In this document: piece after piece, positions 52,485-64,000 of the stretch | Numbering within the stretch: position 1 is the first letter of the stretch | Layout of the letters: every line of letters begins with the position of its first letter | NCBI GenBank assembly: GCA_035084275.1 | Contig: CM068755.1 | Location: forward strand, 10,478,001 to 10,542,000 | Direction of reading: 5' to 3' | DNA from: Hydrolagus colliei | Taxonomy: Eukaryota | Length of the DNA: 64,000 bases | Position numbers and translations under genes: made by a program | The notes under the pieces: model-generated | Database searches by the model: none | Told to the model about the DNA's origin: nothing | Seen by the model: the letters and a program-made list of their open reading frames with translations, nothing else

Positions 52485-52820
52485 AGCATCCTTGTATTTG
52501 ATATGGCGCCTTATCATGTCTTCAAAATGCCCCAAAGATCTTCACAGGATACAACAACAACAACAACAAAATGACATTTGTATAAGGCACTGGAGAGTTA
52601 GTGTTTCGAACCCGAGCCTAGGGTCGGGATCAGGGAAGGTGGAGTGAAGGCTGGGTGACCGATGGGCGCAGTCGAAGAGGAGGACCATATACTGTATGTA
52701 CTGAAAAGTGTATTGACCGTATTTTGTGGGTGAAACATGGCAGTCAATTGCGCACAGCAGTGTCTCACAAACAATCGTGGAGTGAACAACCAAATTTGTT
52801 TTTGAAGGGATTATTATCTT
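52485..52820 (-). mobile_element. SINE interrupted by a (CAA)n-tailed L2-like fragment (~52551-52686)
   Basis: The SINE consensus ttcacagaatatactgtaaag is split into ttcacaggata|caacaacaa...gaggaggacc|atatactgta. Confidence 0.75.
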
Positions 52821-54309
52821 ATTACAGTTGTCATGAAATTGAGTTACATGTATTTCAGCAGTTAGCGCCTGCAGTGACTGGTTCAAACATTTATGTTTCT
52901 TGTTCGCGTATACCTGTGTGTGTTCATGCCTTTTTGAAGAGTTAATATGGTTAGGGATAAATTACATTTTATGCTCATGAACAACAATGCGCAATTACTT
53001 TTGCATTAGTTTGATCAGAGATAAGGAGTGAAGTGAGCAGCTCCATGAGTTTTGTTTGCTTCTTTTAAATTCCAGTTTAATATCTGAATATCTGTTATTA
53101 CATCTCAGTGCCTGGAGCTTGCATGTGAAAAAATATTTTTTCTGATTAATTTGTCAAGGAGCCCTTCATCCGATACGCTTTCATCCATCCAGAATATCAA
53201 CCTTACTGTCTTTCCAAAGTGGCATCTTGATTGAGGCCAGTGTCCTCGCTTGAATTCCCCTGCCTGGTAACCTGAATCAGTCGTTGTTTAACCTCTGCGT
53301 AAATAAATTAGTTCTTGGTATCTCTCCTGTAATTGCCATTCACACATCTGATTATCGAGTGCCTTGTGATGTCCTCCTGATCTGAAAGTCGCTATAAAAA
53401 TGTAAAGTTGTTGTTGTTGACCTGGGTCCTGTTGGGTCCTACAATCCCAGTTCCAATTAGTCTCTTGTCAAATTCCCAACGTGAAGATATTTGAATGTCT
53501 TCAAGAAATGCTTGTTGAAGAAATGTGAGTTGATGCTTTAGAATTGAAAATACTGTAGAATGGGTTTGTCAGTGGCTTGGAACACTGAAACATGTGTGTT
53601 TACATGCACATTTCTGTGCATCATTAAATAACAGTTTTGACTGTATTTATGTTTTGTCTTAATCAACACAAGGAATGCATTTGCTCTGTTTACATTAGAT
53701 ATTTATATGGCTACATTAGAAGTGCACTAAGATGACAAAATCCCTTCAATCAAAGCAATTACGATCCATGAGTACAAAATAGCAGATAATTGGCCATTTA
53801 AAGTTCAAATCCCCATAAATAATCACAATTAAAAATCAGGAGGATGAGGGAGGGAGGGGGAGAAACTGTCATTAAACAGAATTTTTTATTAAATATTCCA
53901 TAATATGGCTGAAACAGATTACTTCTTGCACTTTGTCATTATGTCAGGAAGAGAAGCAAACTCACAGAGCCATTTTGTGTTCCCCGAGGCCACAGAAAAG
54001 CCAGGAAAAATATGACCTAGTCCCTATTCCTGATCTGCCGCCAGCTACAGATGAATACATAACGTGCACCACCACATAATTACTAACACTTAAGTGCATA
54101 GCAATCAAGCCAAGTGAACAAACTCAACAAGGTCTCTATAGTCGAACCTGGCAGGCATGGAATAGGGGTGCCACTCAGGTTCTTGTATTCCTTCCTTATG
54201 TCTTACTCCCGCCCTTTCCACTTTGAGTGACTGGTGTTTATTTATGTTGGTTCAGTGTGGAAAAGTTGTGGCACTTTTTAGTGTCTGATTTGGTGCAGAG
54301 CTTTCCTGG

Positions 54310-55114
54310 CCATTTGGTTCTCATACTTCATCTCACACACTGTGATGCTAAAGTAAAGGATCTCTTAATGTTATAGATAAATAGTACTCTGATGGTTGAA
54401 TGTCACCTACAAAACACACAGTTCCTCCCCGATCTCCAGTCTGGGTGAAAGCCCGAAAGAGCAGACTTTCTGCTGACTGCAGAGAAAAGGGTTATTTGGG
54501 GATCTTGCTTCATAGGCAATCTGCCAGCTCAGTTGTTTAGCCTTCAACATGCTACAAGAGGTCATCTGGACTGTTTAAATGTGTAAAATATACCGTTGCT
54601 GCATTTTACAGTAAATTGTGTGAAACGCTTTGAAACGTCCACCCGACCTGAAAGCTGCTATATCAAATACAAGAATTATTATTATGGGGGCGAGAGAAGC
54701 TAACCTTTGTGTCTTCATAATCCTTTCACATCCTTTATCTTTCTCAGCACCATCAAAACAGTTGTAATCTTTTTATTAAAACCATATTTAAGGTTACGTT
54801 AATACAGTATGCATCTGGTTCAATTTTGCCACTGAACTCTCCCAAAAACCTATTCAACGAAAATAATGACTGCTTTCACCTGTCAGTATGATGTGACCTG
54901 TGCACATATTGTATCTAATGAAGATATGACTTTGTGTACAGCCGAACGTTGACACAGCTTTCCAGCTTGGACTGCTGGAAATTCTCAAATAATACCCTGA
55001 CCATTTGGTTTTAATACTTCATCTCACACACTGTGATGCTAAACTAAGGAATCTCTTAATATCACAGAAAAATACTACTCTGATGTTTGATTGTCGCCTA
55101 CAAAACACACAGTT
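54310..55114. repeat. 114-bp direct repeat pair (54310-54423 and 55001-55114)
   Basis: Ungapped alignment with 13 mismatches in 114 nt by manual count; spacer 577 bp, containing a SINE tail. Confidence 0.92.
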
Positions 55115-57145
55115 AGGACACCCTGTAATATTCTGTGACGCTGTGTAAGACATCCTCCCACCATGAATGATGCTACTGAGCATAACTTTTTTTTATTCTT
55201 AAAGAATCCCAAACGATATAAAAAAATTCCAGGCAGTAGTACCTAGAATTTAACGAAAGTAGTACGTTTTGCAATCGTTGAAAGTTTTACTTTTTCATCT
55301 CGTCTCATTTGTGTGGCTCTAGAATTTGTTTTCCTCTCTTGCATTCCGAAGCGGGGAACCCACAACCCTGAGCCGTTTCCTGACTTTGCTTCAAACTGGT
55401 TTCCCCAGCCATAATTACAATGAGACTTGTTTGGGGCGTTTTGCAACTTCAAAGCGCCCTACAAGACAGTTTGTGGATGGCCCAGGGGACTGAGTGCTCC
55501 CTAATTATAATCATTGCACTGTAACAAGACAAGGATATGGAAATCTGCCTGCGATAGTTTCAAAATGCTGAGACTTAAGAACCCAGCAAACTCAAGGCTT
55601 ATGTGGTTTCTCTTTGGGCAGCAGTGGAATTGAAAAGCTAATTTAAGTTTTCTTTATGTTCAAATATCTGGAGGAGTATGATGGATTGGTATAATTTGGA
55701 TTTGGTTAGCAGCCTGTGAAGATGACTCTGTTTCTTAAACCATTACCAGATTTACCCACAAATGTTGCTGGCACGTGTGTCATGAACCTGTTAACCGTCA
55801 GAATTCACAGGTTAGATTTTTTGGGGTAAAATGAAACTCTTGCAGCAAGGTATTGACCAGAATCAAGTTTGTCGGGTCCTTCGGTGTGGTTTCAAAGCAA
55901 ACCCACTGTTTCATAATTAAAAAGGATGTTATGCTTTGTACCTGTATTTATGCGATTTACTTATTCACTTCAATGAGAACTCGTCAATAGAAGTTGTTTT
56001 CAATCAAAAATAAATCTCGTTGCTTTCATTCCAGATAAATGGTGCGTTTAATAGATAAACCACCGATTAATCCTTACAATTGATCTACACTCTTTCACAT
56101 CAGGAAGACATCTTGAAGCACTTCCCAGAATTTGCTGTAAAGTGTCGGTGACTATTTTGTAGATGAATGATATCAATAGAGATGCAGACGTAGCAGCAAC
56201 AATATCTTTATGCAAATAGAATATCTTTGCAATTCAAAATCTAGCAATTTTCATTGTAATTAGCAACAATATTGTTACAATGATAAATATACTCTACCTG
56301 ATTTTTGTTCATTTGTTTCTGTTTGAGATTTTTTTTTGCCCATGTTTTCTAGTTCATTGATACCTTTAAAAAAAAGAGTTGAATCTCAACTTGTTGAATC
56401 AAAATAGAAGCCTTGTGTTTAGGCAGATTTCCTTTTTGCAGCTGCGAACATCAATCTGTATTCTTTGCATCTTTCAATGTTTTACCTGACAGGCATTTCA
56501 ATTTGGCAAAAGCAAAAAGAGGTTCTCTTCCAATGTCTAAACGCCAAGGTAGTGATTGACTGCAGTGCCTGGGGATATCTGCTTACAGATCAGAAAAAAA
56601 AACATCAAACATGTTTGCTTGCAATTCTGTCAGTTTATACAGTTCTGGCTGCTGTGTGGACGTTGTCAAAAGATCATATCTTCTCTTTCCTTGTGGAATT
56701 TGAATATAAATGAATTGCTGTTGAGCAGAAACAAGAGAAGATCTCTGCATTCACTCTCAGCAGATGTTTCCTTCACATTTTAAAACGTGATTTGCTTATT
56801 CCAAAATGTCACGCATGAAGAATGAAGAGAATTTGCACCAGGCGAAGGATCTTCAATATACTGACCTGACTCAGTCTTGTTGTCTTAGAAGGTGTTGTAT
56901 CACAGCTGGAGAGTGCCAGGCAGCCAAGTTATTTCAAAGTTTATCTCAATTGTTAACTATTTTAGTGTTTAAGAGTAGGTTGAGTATTAGTTTGTTGTCC
57001 AAATTTTGACAACAAGGCCAAGCGATTTATACAGTAGCTGTCTTCTATGGCTGTGACAGCTGGCAGTCTAATGATTTATTTAGAAATAACATTTGGAGAA
57101 TGTAAATTTACTAGATTGAAACTGAGATTAATTTAAACCATCATA

Positions 57146-57530
57146 CAGGTAGACCCCCCCATAACGTCACCTTGGTTAATGTTTCTTCGTTATTACGTTG
57201 CTAATACATTGGGAACATATTTTCATTTAACGTTGCCATGTTCGCTATTACGTTGTTCACCAGCGGGTGAAAAGGGGGCAGGACGGCACAAGGACCTGGG
57301 AGTGAGTGAGCGGGGCAGGCAGTCAGAGAGAGAGTGAGGCGGGCTGGCAGTCAGGGAGCGAGTGAGTGAGCCGGGAAGGCATTCAGGGAGCGAGTATAAT
57401 GTTTTTTTCCAGAAACTTTTGATGAAAAATGTCCAAAAGAACCTAACTCCAGTTTGTACATTCATTCTTATGGGAAAAATGTATTCACTTAATGTCGTTT
57501 CGCTTAAAGACACACTTTCCAGTCTATCTG
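57146..57530. mobile_element. Tigger/pogo-like non-autonomous DNA transposon (MITE)
   Basis: TA|CAGGTAGACC ... AGTCTATCTG|TA: imperfect terminal inverted repeat (8/10) with flanking TA. Repeated ttacgttg/taacgt subterminal motifs and cattcttatgggaaaa, typical of Tigger-family MITEs. Confidence 0.7.
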
Positions 57531-58599
57531 TATTGAAGATGCTTTGCCTGGTTCTCTTTATTTTTCATGCATGACATTTTGGAATGAACAAACCACATTT
57601 TAAAAGGCCACATTAAATCTAAATAGAGTCAGCTTATAGCAAGTAATATCACAATTACTGACTTGTGTTTAATTATTTGTTGACAAATGCTATTAAAAAG
57701 TGATTGCTGAATCTAGTTGTACAAGTCACCACAAAAACTGTTGTCAGTGGGGTTGTGTAAAAATAATGTGCTTTTATAATAACTTCTTCTGCAGAAATAC
57801 AACTAGCAATCGTCAGGCTTCTGGGGAAGTATTGTCTACAAATAAGCCACTTTTGAAAACAAATTACATTCCTGTAATAATCATTTATTTTATAGACATA
57901 ATCATTCATTGGCCTTAGATTAACCTTTGCTAACAAAAACAAATGAGGGCTCCAGGGCTCCTAGGTGGAAGGCACCTTGGAGAATTATATTTTGCAATAG
58001 TTTACCACTTAATCTAAAATCTAGAGTTCTCTTGGTTTGAATACTTTCCTTTTATGTGGGCAAACTTGTGGGCATGTCCTTATCAACCGCTTCCTATCTA
58101 GCAATCGGTTTCCAAGCTTTGCGACTGTTCCTGAGGAATTTCATTTTAATAATTACTCATGAACTGACGACTGCATTATCCCGAATTTTCCCAACCTAAA
58201 GTGGGGCACCATGAAAGGAGTTGAGTAAAATAGAAGTTGACTGAAATGTTGAGTGAAATAATCAATCCATTTCCATGCCATCATTGTCACCATCTTGACG
58301 TCTTTTTCACATCTTGTGAAAGGTGCTATGTGAAACTTAAGGATATGATGATACTTTAGTCACAATTTTTGCAGATCTGCAGCTATACACTCATGCAATA
58401 GCAAGATTTGCTTTGGCAGATGCACAACCGTTCATATACGTTTGCCGTTTTGCAAGTTGGTTAACTTGCTTTGGTGGCTAAACGTCATATTGGGTGCTGC
58501 TTACCATTCGAAAATTGTCCTTGAAAGAATACTGGTTTAAAACAAACTGTAGAGTACACCTTCATGTTCATTGACAGCTGGTTTTCAAAACTGCAGAGG

Positions 58600-58760
58600 A
58601 CGCTGGTCAAGGCACTGTCCATTGACGTCTCCAATTCATTGCGTTTTGCCCACAAAATATAGTCAATTCAGTTAACAGTATATTCTGTGACGTTTGAGAC
58701 GTCTCAATGGTGTGATAAAATGCTATATTTAATGCAAGGTTGATTATTATTATTATTAAT
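58600..58760 (+). mobile_element. SINE 3' fragment (similar fragments at ~41900-42020 +, ~54590-54685 +, ~63095-63190 -)
   Basis: cccacaaaatatagtcaattca...tttgagacgtctc...gctatatttaatgcaaggttgattattattatt. Confidence 0.8.
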
Positions 58761-61700
58761 AAGGATGAGGACAAATCTGGGCTTTCAGGTGTACTGCAAC
58801 AAAAGAGCGCAAATAGAAAATTAGGAATTTGAGGTAAAATAAGCTAACTTCTAACAGACCCCCCTTGTTTGGTTCTGTGAGTTACAGTGTAGTTTATTTT
58901 ATCAATGACCCAGTAACGTTTGATGTCTCAGTGGAGGCACCAACCCCCATCAGCTTGTAAATGAGCTGCCGTGGCATTAACTAGGGCAGATACTAACAAT
59001 ATTATCCAAGCAAAGAAAGAATGCAGACTATTCGAGGAATTCTTTAATGACTGCCTTCCATCATTAAGGTAAAAAGATAAGGTTAAAGTCGCATTGTTTC
59101 CAATCAAATCTGCATGATTCTGATCTGAGCTTCAAGACGTTGCATTCAAGTGGTGCCGGATTTCAGTTGTTAAACAATTGTAATTGCACTGCAACTCCCA
59201 TTGCCAATCTCTAGCCAGGAGGATGAAGATATAACAAAGGTTACCAGGGTTAGAAAGGGACACTGGTCAAAACTGGTCAGCCAAAGATATGCCATATGTA
59301 CAGTTCTGAATGTAAGGCAAGGTTTTTTTTCCCCCCACCATAATTTTTTAAATTTGCTATTGATCTTATTTATGGATCACAAGATTGGTTTGGATGATGT
59401 TTAACATTAACCTATTTGACCATGGTTATGGAGATCCTTGTTTCTCCCCCTTCCCCCTACTCAGCTTCTGTTTCTACCACTATAAAGGGCTGCAAGATAT
59501 TATTCTATATGATGGGCTCCATGTAAAAGCAAGTTGTTTAAATTCGGCTCACATTTCCGACAAGTGAGTGAGTGAATTAATCCAATACAGTCAAACCTGT
59601 TTTCAGCAACCTAGTCTGAAACTGGACTAAAGTGGCCTTTCTGTAAAGGTGGCTTCTGAATAAGCATTTGTTAGTTCGGCGACCAGGCTCAAGACATTTT
59701 AAAGAAATTTACACAGTCCCCAAATTTCATTGGGCCTGCATATAGATTTCTAAAGCATTTACCAACACAGCTTCACGAGAGAGCATCAGTTGGGTTGCTC
59801 AGGATTTGCATTACCAAGGTGTAACATGTAAGACTTCTTACCAAGTTTTCTACATAAAGCAGTATATTTATTGTCCGAGGGAAGAATGCAGTTTTGAATA
59901 TACAGTAGTTTTCATTTGTATTGTTGACTTTCACATCAGGGAATGTTACTAGAGTATTTTATAGAGATAATCACTGAGTAAGGAATTTGGGGGGTTTGAG
60001 CAGAGAGGGCATGATCTATAGGCATGGGAAGAGGTAGATTTTCAGAAGGCTTTTCAAGACCGATATAGAGAGAATAAATGCAATTCATTAGATGACAATT
60101 TTGTTTTATCAAACTGCATCTTTAATGCAGAGATCCTGCCAGGACTTTTTGATATGATTTTATTCGCTGTATGGTATAATGATAGTAACCAGTTCTATAC
60201 ATTTTATGAACCTGCTGCTGAGAATTAGAAGAAAGGAAAGAAGATGATCTGAAAATCAGCTGATATCAGTTTCCAGCAGAGAAGTTGACAAAGGGGATGT
60301 CATGTGGACTCAGGCGCAGATGCCAAGGAGATGGTGTGTGTGTGAGTGTGTTTGTGTGTTGTTTATGCAGATCCAGAGAGCTTTTATTGTTGGATTCCCA
60401 GCAGGAAGAATGAGGGAGACTGGGAAAATCTGGCACTCTTAGTGCACATCTCAGTGTGCCCAAATGTTGTTTGAAAAAACCTTTTAATTACTGGCGATAC
60501 TGTAGGTCACCTCACAGATGAATATTTATATTATGAGAGTCTTTCTTCATAACCCTGCTGGGCGTTATTATTGATCTTACTGAGCATTCAATTCCCACTC
60601 GCCCCATGCCATCCTTTCATTATAAGCATTACTGCCTTTGCCCTATTATTCGTTCCTTCACCCATGCTGTCTTATATCCCCTTAAGCCAGTTCCACGCCT
60701 TCTAATCCTTGTTCTGTAGTATTCACCCCAGTGCGTAGTGTACAGGACCTAAAGTCATGCTGAGGTACCCCTATATTGAAAGAGATTTTGTTAAAATTTA
60801 AGGTAATGTTGCATCCCTCTTTAAATGCTCCCCCCCTTTTTTTTGTTCTTTAACCATTCTGTTGAATTTATCAGCTGCAACTCTGATGGAAGTAAAACCT
60901 AGATCCTGAGAGAAACCATTCCATTGGCCTTTCCAACAGCTTTTCAGAATCCTTCAACAGAACCCATAAACGGCTCTCCCTGGACCGGCGTGTTCCGGGA
61001 ATGTTATTGCAACATTCTGGTATCAGGCATCCATTTGAAATATAATCCCCATCAAATTATTCATTAGTTTGCTAACGATAGGCCAGAAATTGTAAATCAG
61101 ACTTAACAACGCAACAGAGACACTTGACCGTGTACAGTAATATTGATATTCATCATTACTTCAGTCGTGAATGCAAATCAATATTCTTGGGTGGTGGTTG
61201 TCATTCTTGTACAATTTGGTTTAACATTTTAAAAGGCAAGGAATAAGGGCGACATGGTCTTGACCAGCTGAAAGCGTTCCTTATAAAATATGAAAGGAAT
61301 GTAACTGGATATACATTAAAAGCTAGAATAACATGTCCTTCCCTGTCATCCTTCTGGGTTTTGTTTGATGTTGGCTTGAAAAGAATTTAGTCGTTGAGTT
61401 CTTTAACCATCGAGCCTTCAGGATAATTTAGCTGGAACCTCATTCTGTCCTCAAGTTCAGCCCTGTTCAGTTATGAGCTCAGTGACCAGGTGTTTGTGAT
61501 ATAATTTGTGGCCATAGTATAACAGTCAAACATAAACAGGAAGATATAAAATACAAATAGTTGAAGATTTTGAAGGATAGATCGGCCTTTGCAGAGGGAA
61601 TCTTGAATAACGCTTTAATAACTGCCATTGTTCTGAGTGCACTTTCCCTATGAATGTCCTCAGTTCCAATACCTTGAGATCGGCTGAGAGATCTAAACCA

Positions 61701-64000
61701 GTCTCCCTCGCTTTGCTGCCATGCTTCCGTGACTGCCAGGTGCTCCAAAGAAAGCGCCCAACTGAGTACATGTGAGATTCATTGCAATCGGCAGATGCCT
61801 TGTAGTCACAGCAGGACCGGAAACTGAACTTTATTTCCATCTGATTGTGGAGCTTGGAACTGCTAGAGTACATCTCCTGAGCTGTCGTTCTGGGGCCAGA
61901 TCAACATGTTTATTCCACTCATAATTTTAGACCGTGAAATGCTTTGCCGCTGTTGTCTTTTGAAGCTCAGGCCATAGAAAGGTATCAGGAGTATGTATTT
62001 GAAGAGAAACAATATAAAAATGTCCTGTTAAAATGTGAAGAATTGGGATAAGCTATCACTTGCACCCGTATAGGCTTGATAGGCCAAATGGCTTTCTATG
62101 AATCTATGAATTCCTAACATTGTATAAAATTCAGCTAGTCAGTTTGCTTCCCGGTGGTTTCCCCTGAGACCGTTTGTTTGTCAATACTGTTTGAGAGCTG
62201 GCTGTGTGACTAACGAACTAAGAATATTGAAAGCAAACCGTGACTTCAGCCTGGATCAGTGCACTATGAAGCTGGAAGAATAAATTAATCTTGACCTCTT
62301 GCTTCATATCATATTCACGGTGGGAGGAAAGTCATTTCTCGGCATCTTAAAAACAGCACAACATGAAGGAGCCAAGCTGTCCATATTCGATTAATTAAAA
62401 CTTTGGCATTTCAGCTGCAGTTATTATTTTCTAATTTCATTTAAATGAAACGGTCTGTTAGACACTGTTGCTTTAAAAACATGGTTCAATGGGATTTGGC
62501 TCAGTTTACTGTCTTCCCCCAGCCCCATACAGATAACAGCCATGATTTACTGTATAATTATTACCCATACTTCCCTCTTGTAGCTCAGGGCCAATTGATT
62601 CTGTCACAATAAATAGGCAACTTGCCCTTTCGAGCAATTACAATAGGAAACCCAAGGACTGGGAGCAAATTCGAAACACTATGTATATGGTATTGTATGT
62701 GCTCCGCAGCCTGAAATATGGATGAAGTTGGCAAGACTCCCGACTTTCTGAATGGAAATTTGCAGGATGTGGCTTATCAGTGGGTCATTAGAATTAATCT
62801 TCACAGCATCTGTAAACAGTCAATAACTGAACGATTTCAGTATTGACTTCAACTTGGATCAGTGCTCTTCCAAAAATCTAAAATTTATTTGGTGTTGTAC
62901 TCTCTTGTGTCTTGACTATTTATAATGTGACAACACACTCGGGCAATGTGATGTCTTCATTCATGCAGTGGCTTCATTTTGACAAGCAGAGCTGCAGTGC
63001 CTCCCACTCTTTCCAAAGGATGAATCACAGCATGCAACTTATTTGTCGAGATGCAGTTGATTCCTCACAACTTTAATTCAAAGAACTTTCTTGTTTATTA
63101 ATAATAATCCTTGTATTTATAGTTCCTTTCACAAATGGAAGATATCTCAAGGTGCCTCACAGGATTTTGCTATGAAGTGTATTTTGTTTCTGAGAGCTCC
63201 TCATGTGTAGTATTCGAGCTTCATTTAACACCCAAAACCAGTTAGGATAAAGGATTATCAATTATTGAACGTGAGATGCATTCCTAAAAATATATACTGT
63301 ATAATTTACTAAGCATCTGTAAAGCTTCAGAAATAAATTGGTGATATCACTCGTCGCATTGGCTTCCAAACCCTAGCAAGACAGACTTGTGTTAAAACAG
63401 TACACAGGATTAACTTAATCATAGTCATCTTAAGGTCCTGCACTGGGCAAACTGCACCCTTGACTGACTTCACTGCTGATGCCCTATAATTATAATCTCT
63501 AAAGATAGCAGAGGCGTTGGCAGTCTCTCCCACATGGTCTGGATCTCTCCCAGGTTTAGTGGTGAGTTTGATGACATCACTGAGTTGCTGAAAACCCTTT
63601 ATTCTCTTTGTTACCGGAATTCACTTTCTTTAAGGTACCACAGAAACCTGGAGCGGGTCCCTTTAACAACAACTGACGATAAAATGTGTGGCATATTCAA
63701 GTTTATGTGATGAACCAGATGGCCTGGAAAATGGCCCAGTTGGAGAGGATTATGTAAAAGTCCTGGCTTTAGATAGATTTTTTTTTATAGGTCTGGTCCA
63801 CTTTTGCACCATCATGCTGGTCTGAATGCTCTGAACAAGTGTGGAGTCATTGGTTGTACATTAGTGATACTAGCTCTGAAAATGTGGACGGAAAATTCTG
63901 CTTCTGATTTCAGGCGACAGAATGACATGATAGATATCTATATAGTACCAGCTCCAGTGTTGCACAGAGCTCTCAGCATATCTTTATGGAGACCCAGGAT

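Noticed and set aside
59586-59670. TA-CAGTCAAACC Tigger-like left end (similar sequence at ~19245)
   Set aside because: No matching right terminus found.
61640-61900. Possible second Harbinger remnant (CCDYK, PGSH on the minus strand)
   Set aside because: Only two weak motifs in different frames; insufficient evidence.
1-64000. CRISPR array, prokaryotic operon, rRNA or intact viral/transposon gene
   Set aside because: No regularly spaced repeat-spacer units, no long uninterrupted ORFs and no rRNA motifs; the recurring sequences are dispersed SINE/LINE copies.

Overview
Vertebrate genomic DNA, AT-rich and dense in SINEs and LINEs. The repeat families (tRNA-headed Deu-type SINE, CR1, L2) suggest a cartilaginous fish, possibly a chimaera; this is inference. 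Two + strand genes are supported. First, the terminal coding exon of a ceramide synthase (9354-9527, DDRSD acidic tail, ends in KKVQ), most likely CERS3 by synteny. Second, exons 1-7 of ADAMTS17 (22029-48953; signal peptide, prodomain, start of the metalloprotease domain), all with GT-AG borders and a continuous frame of 1120 coding nt. The zinc-binding exon 8 lies beyond the window. Almost all ORF-track entries are spurious. The rest is intronic or intergenic: many SINE copies, CR1 and L2 fragments, a Tigger-like MITE and a decayed PIF/Harbinger transposase. I found no convincing wholly new multi-gene system. The best leads are regulatory features at the ADAMTS17 5' end: a uORF whose frame depends on a (CA)n repeat, CCAAT boxes in hairpin loops, an acceptor preceded by (CAA)n, a GTGAGT decoy array, an in-frame alternative donor, and inverted SINEs around the 44-nt exon 7.
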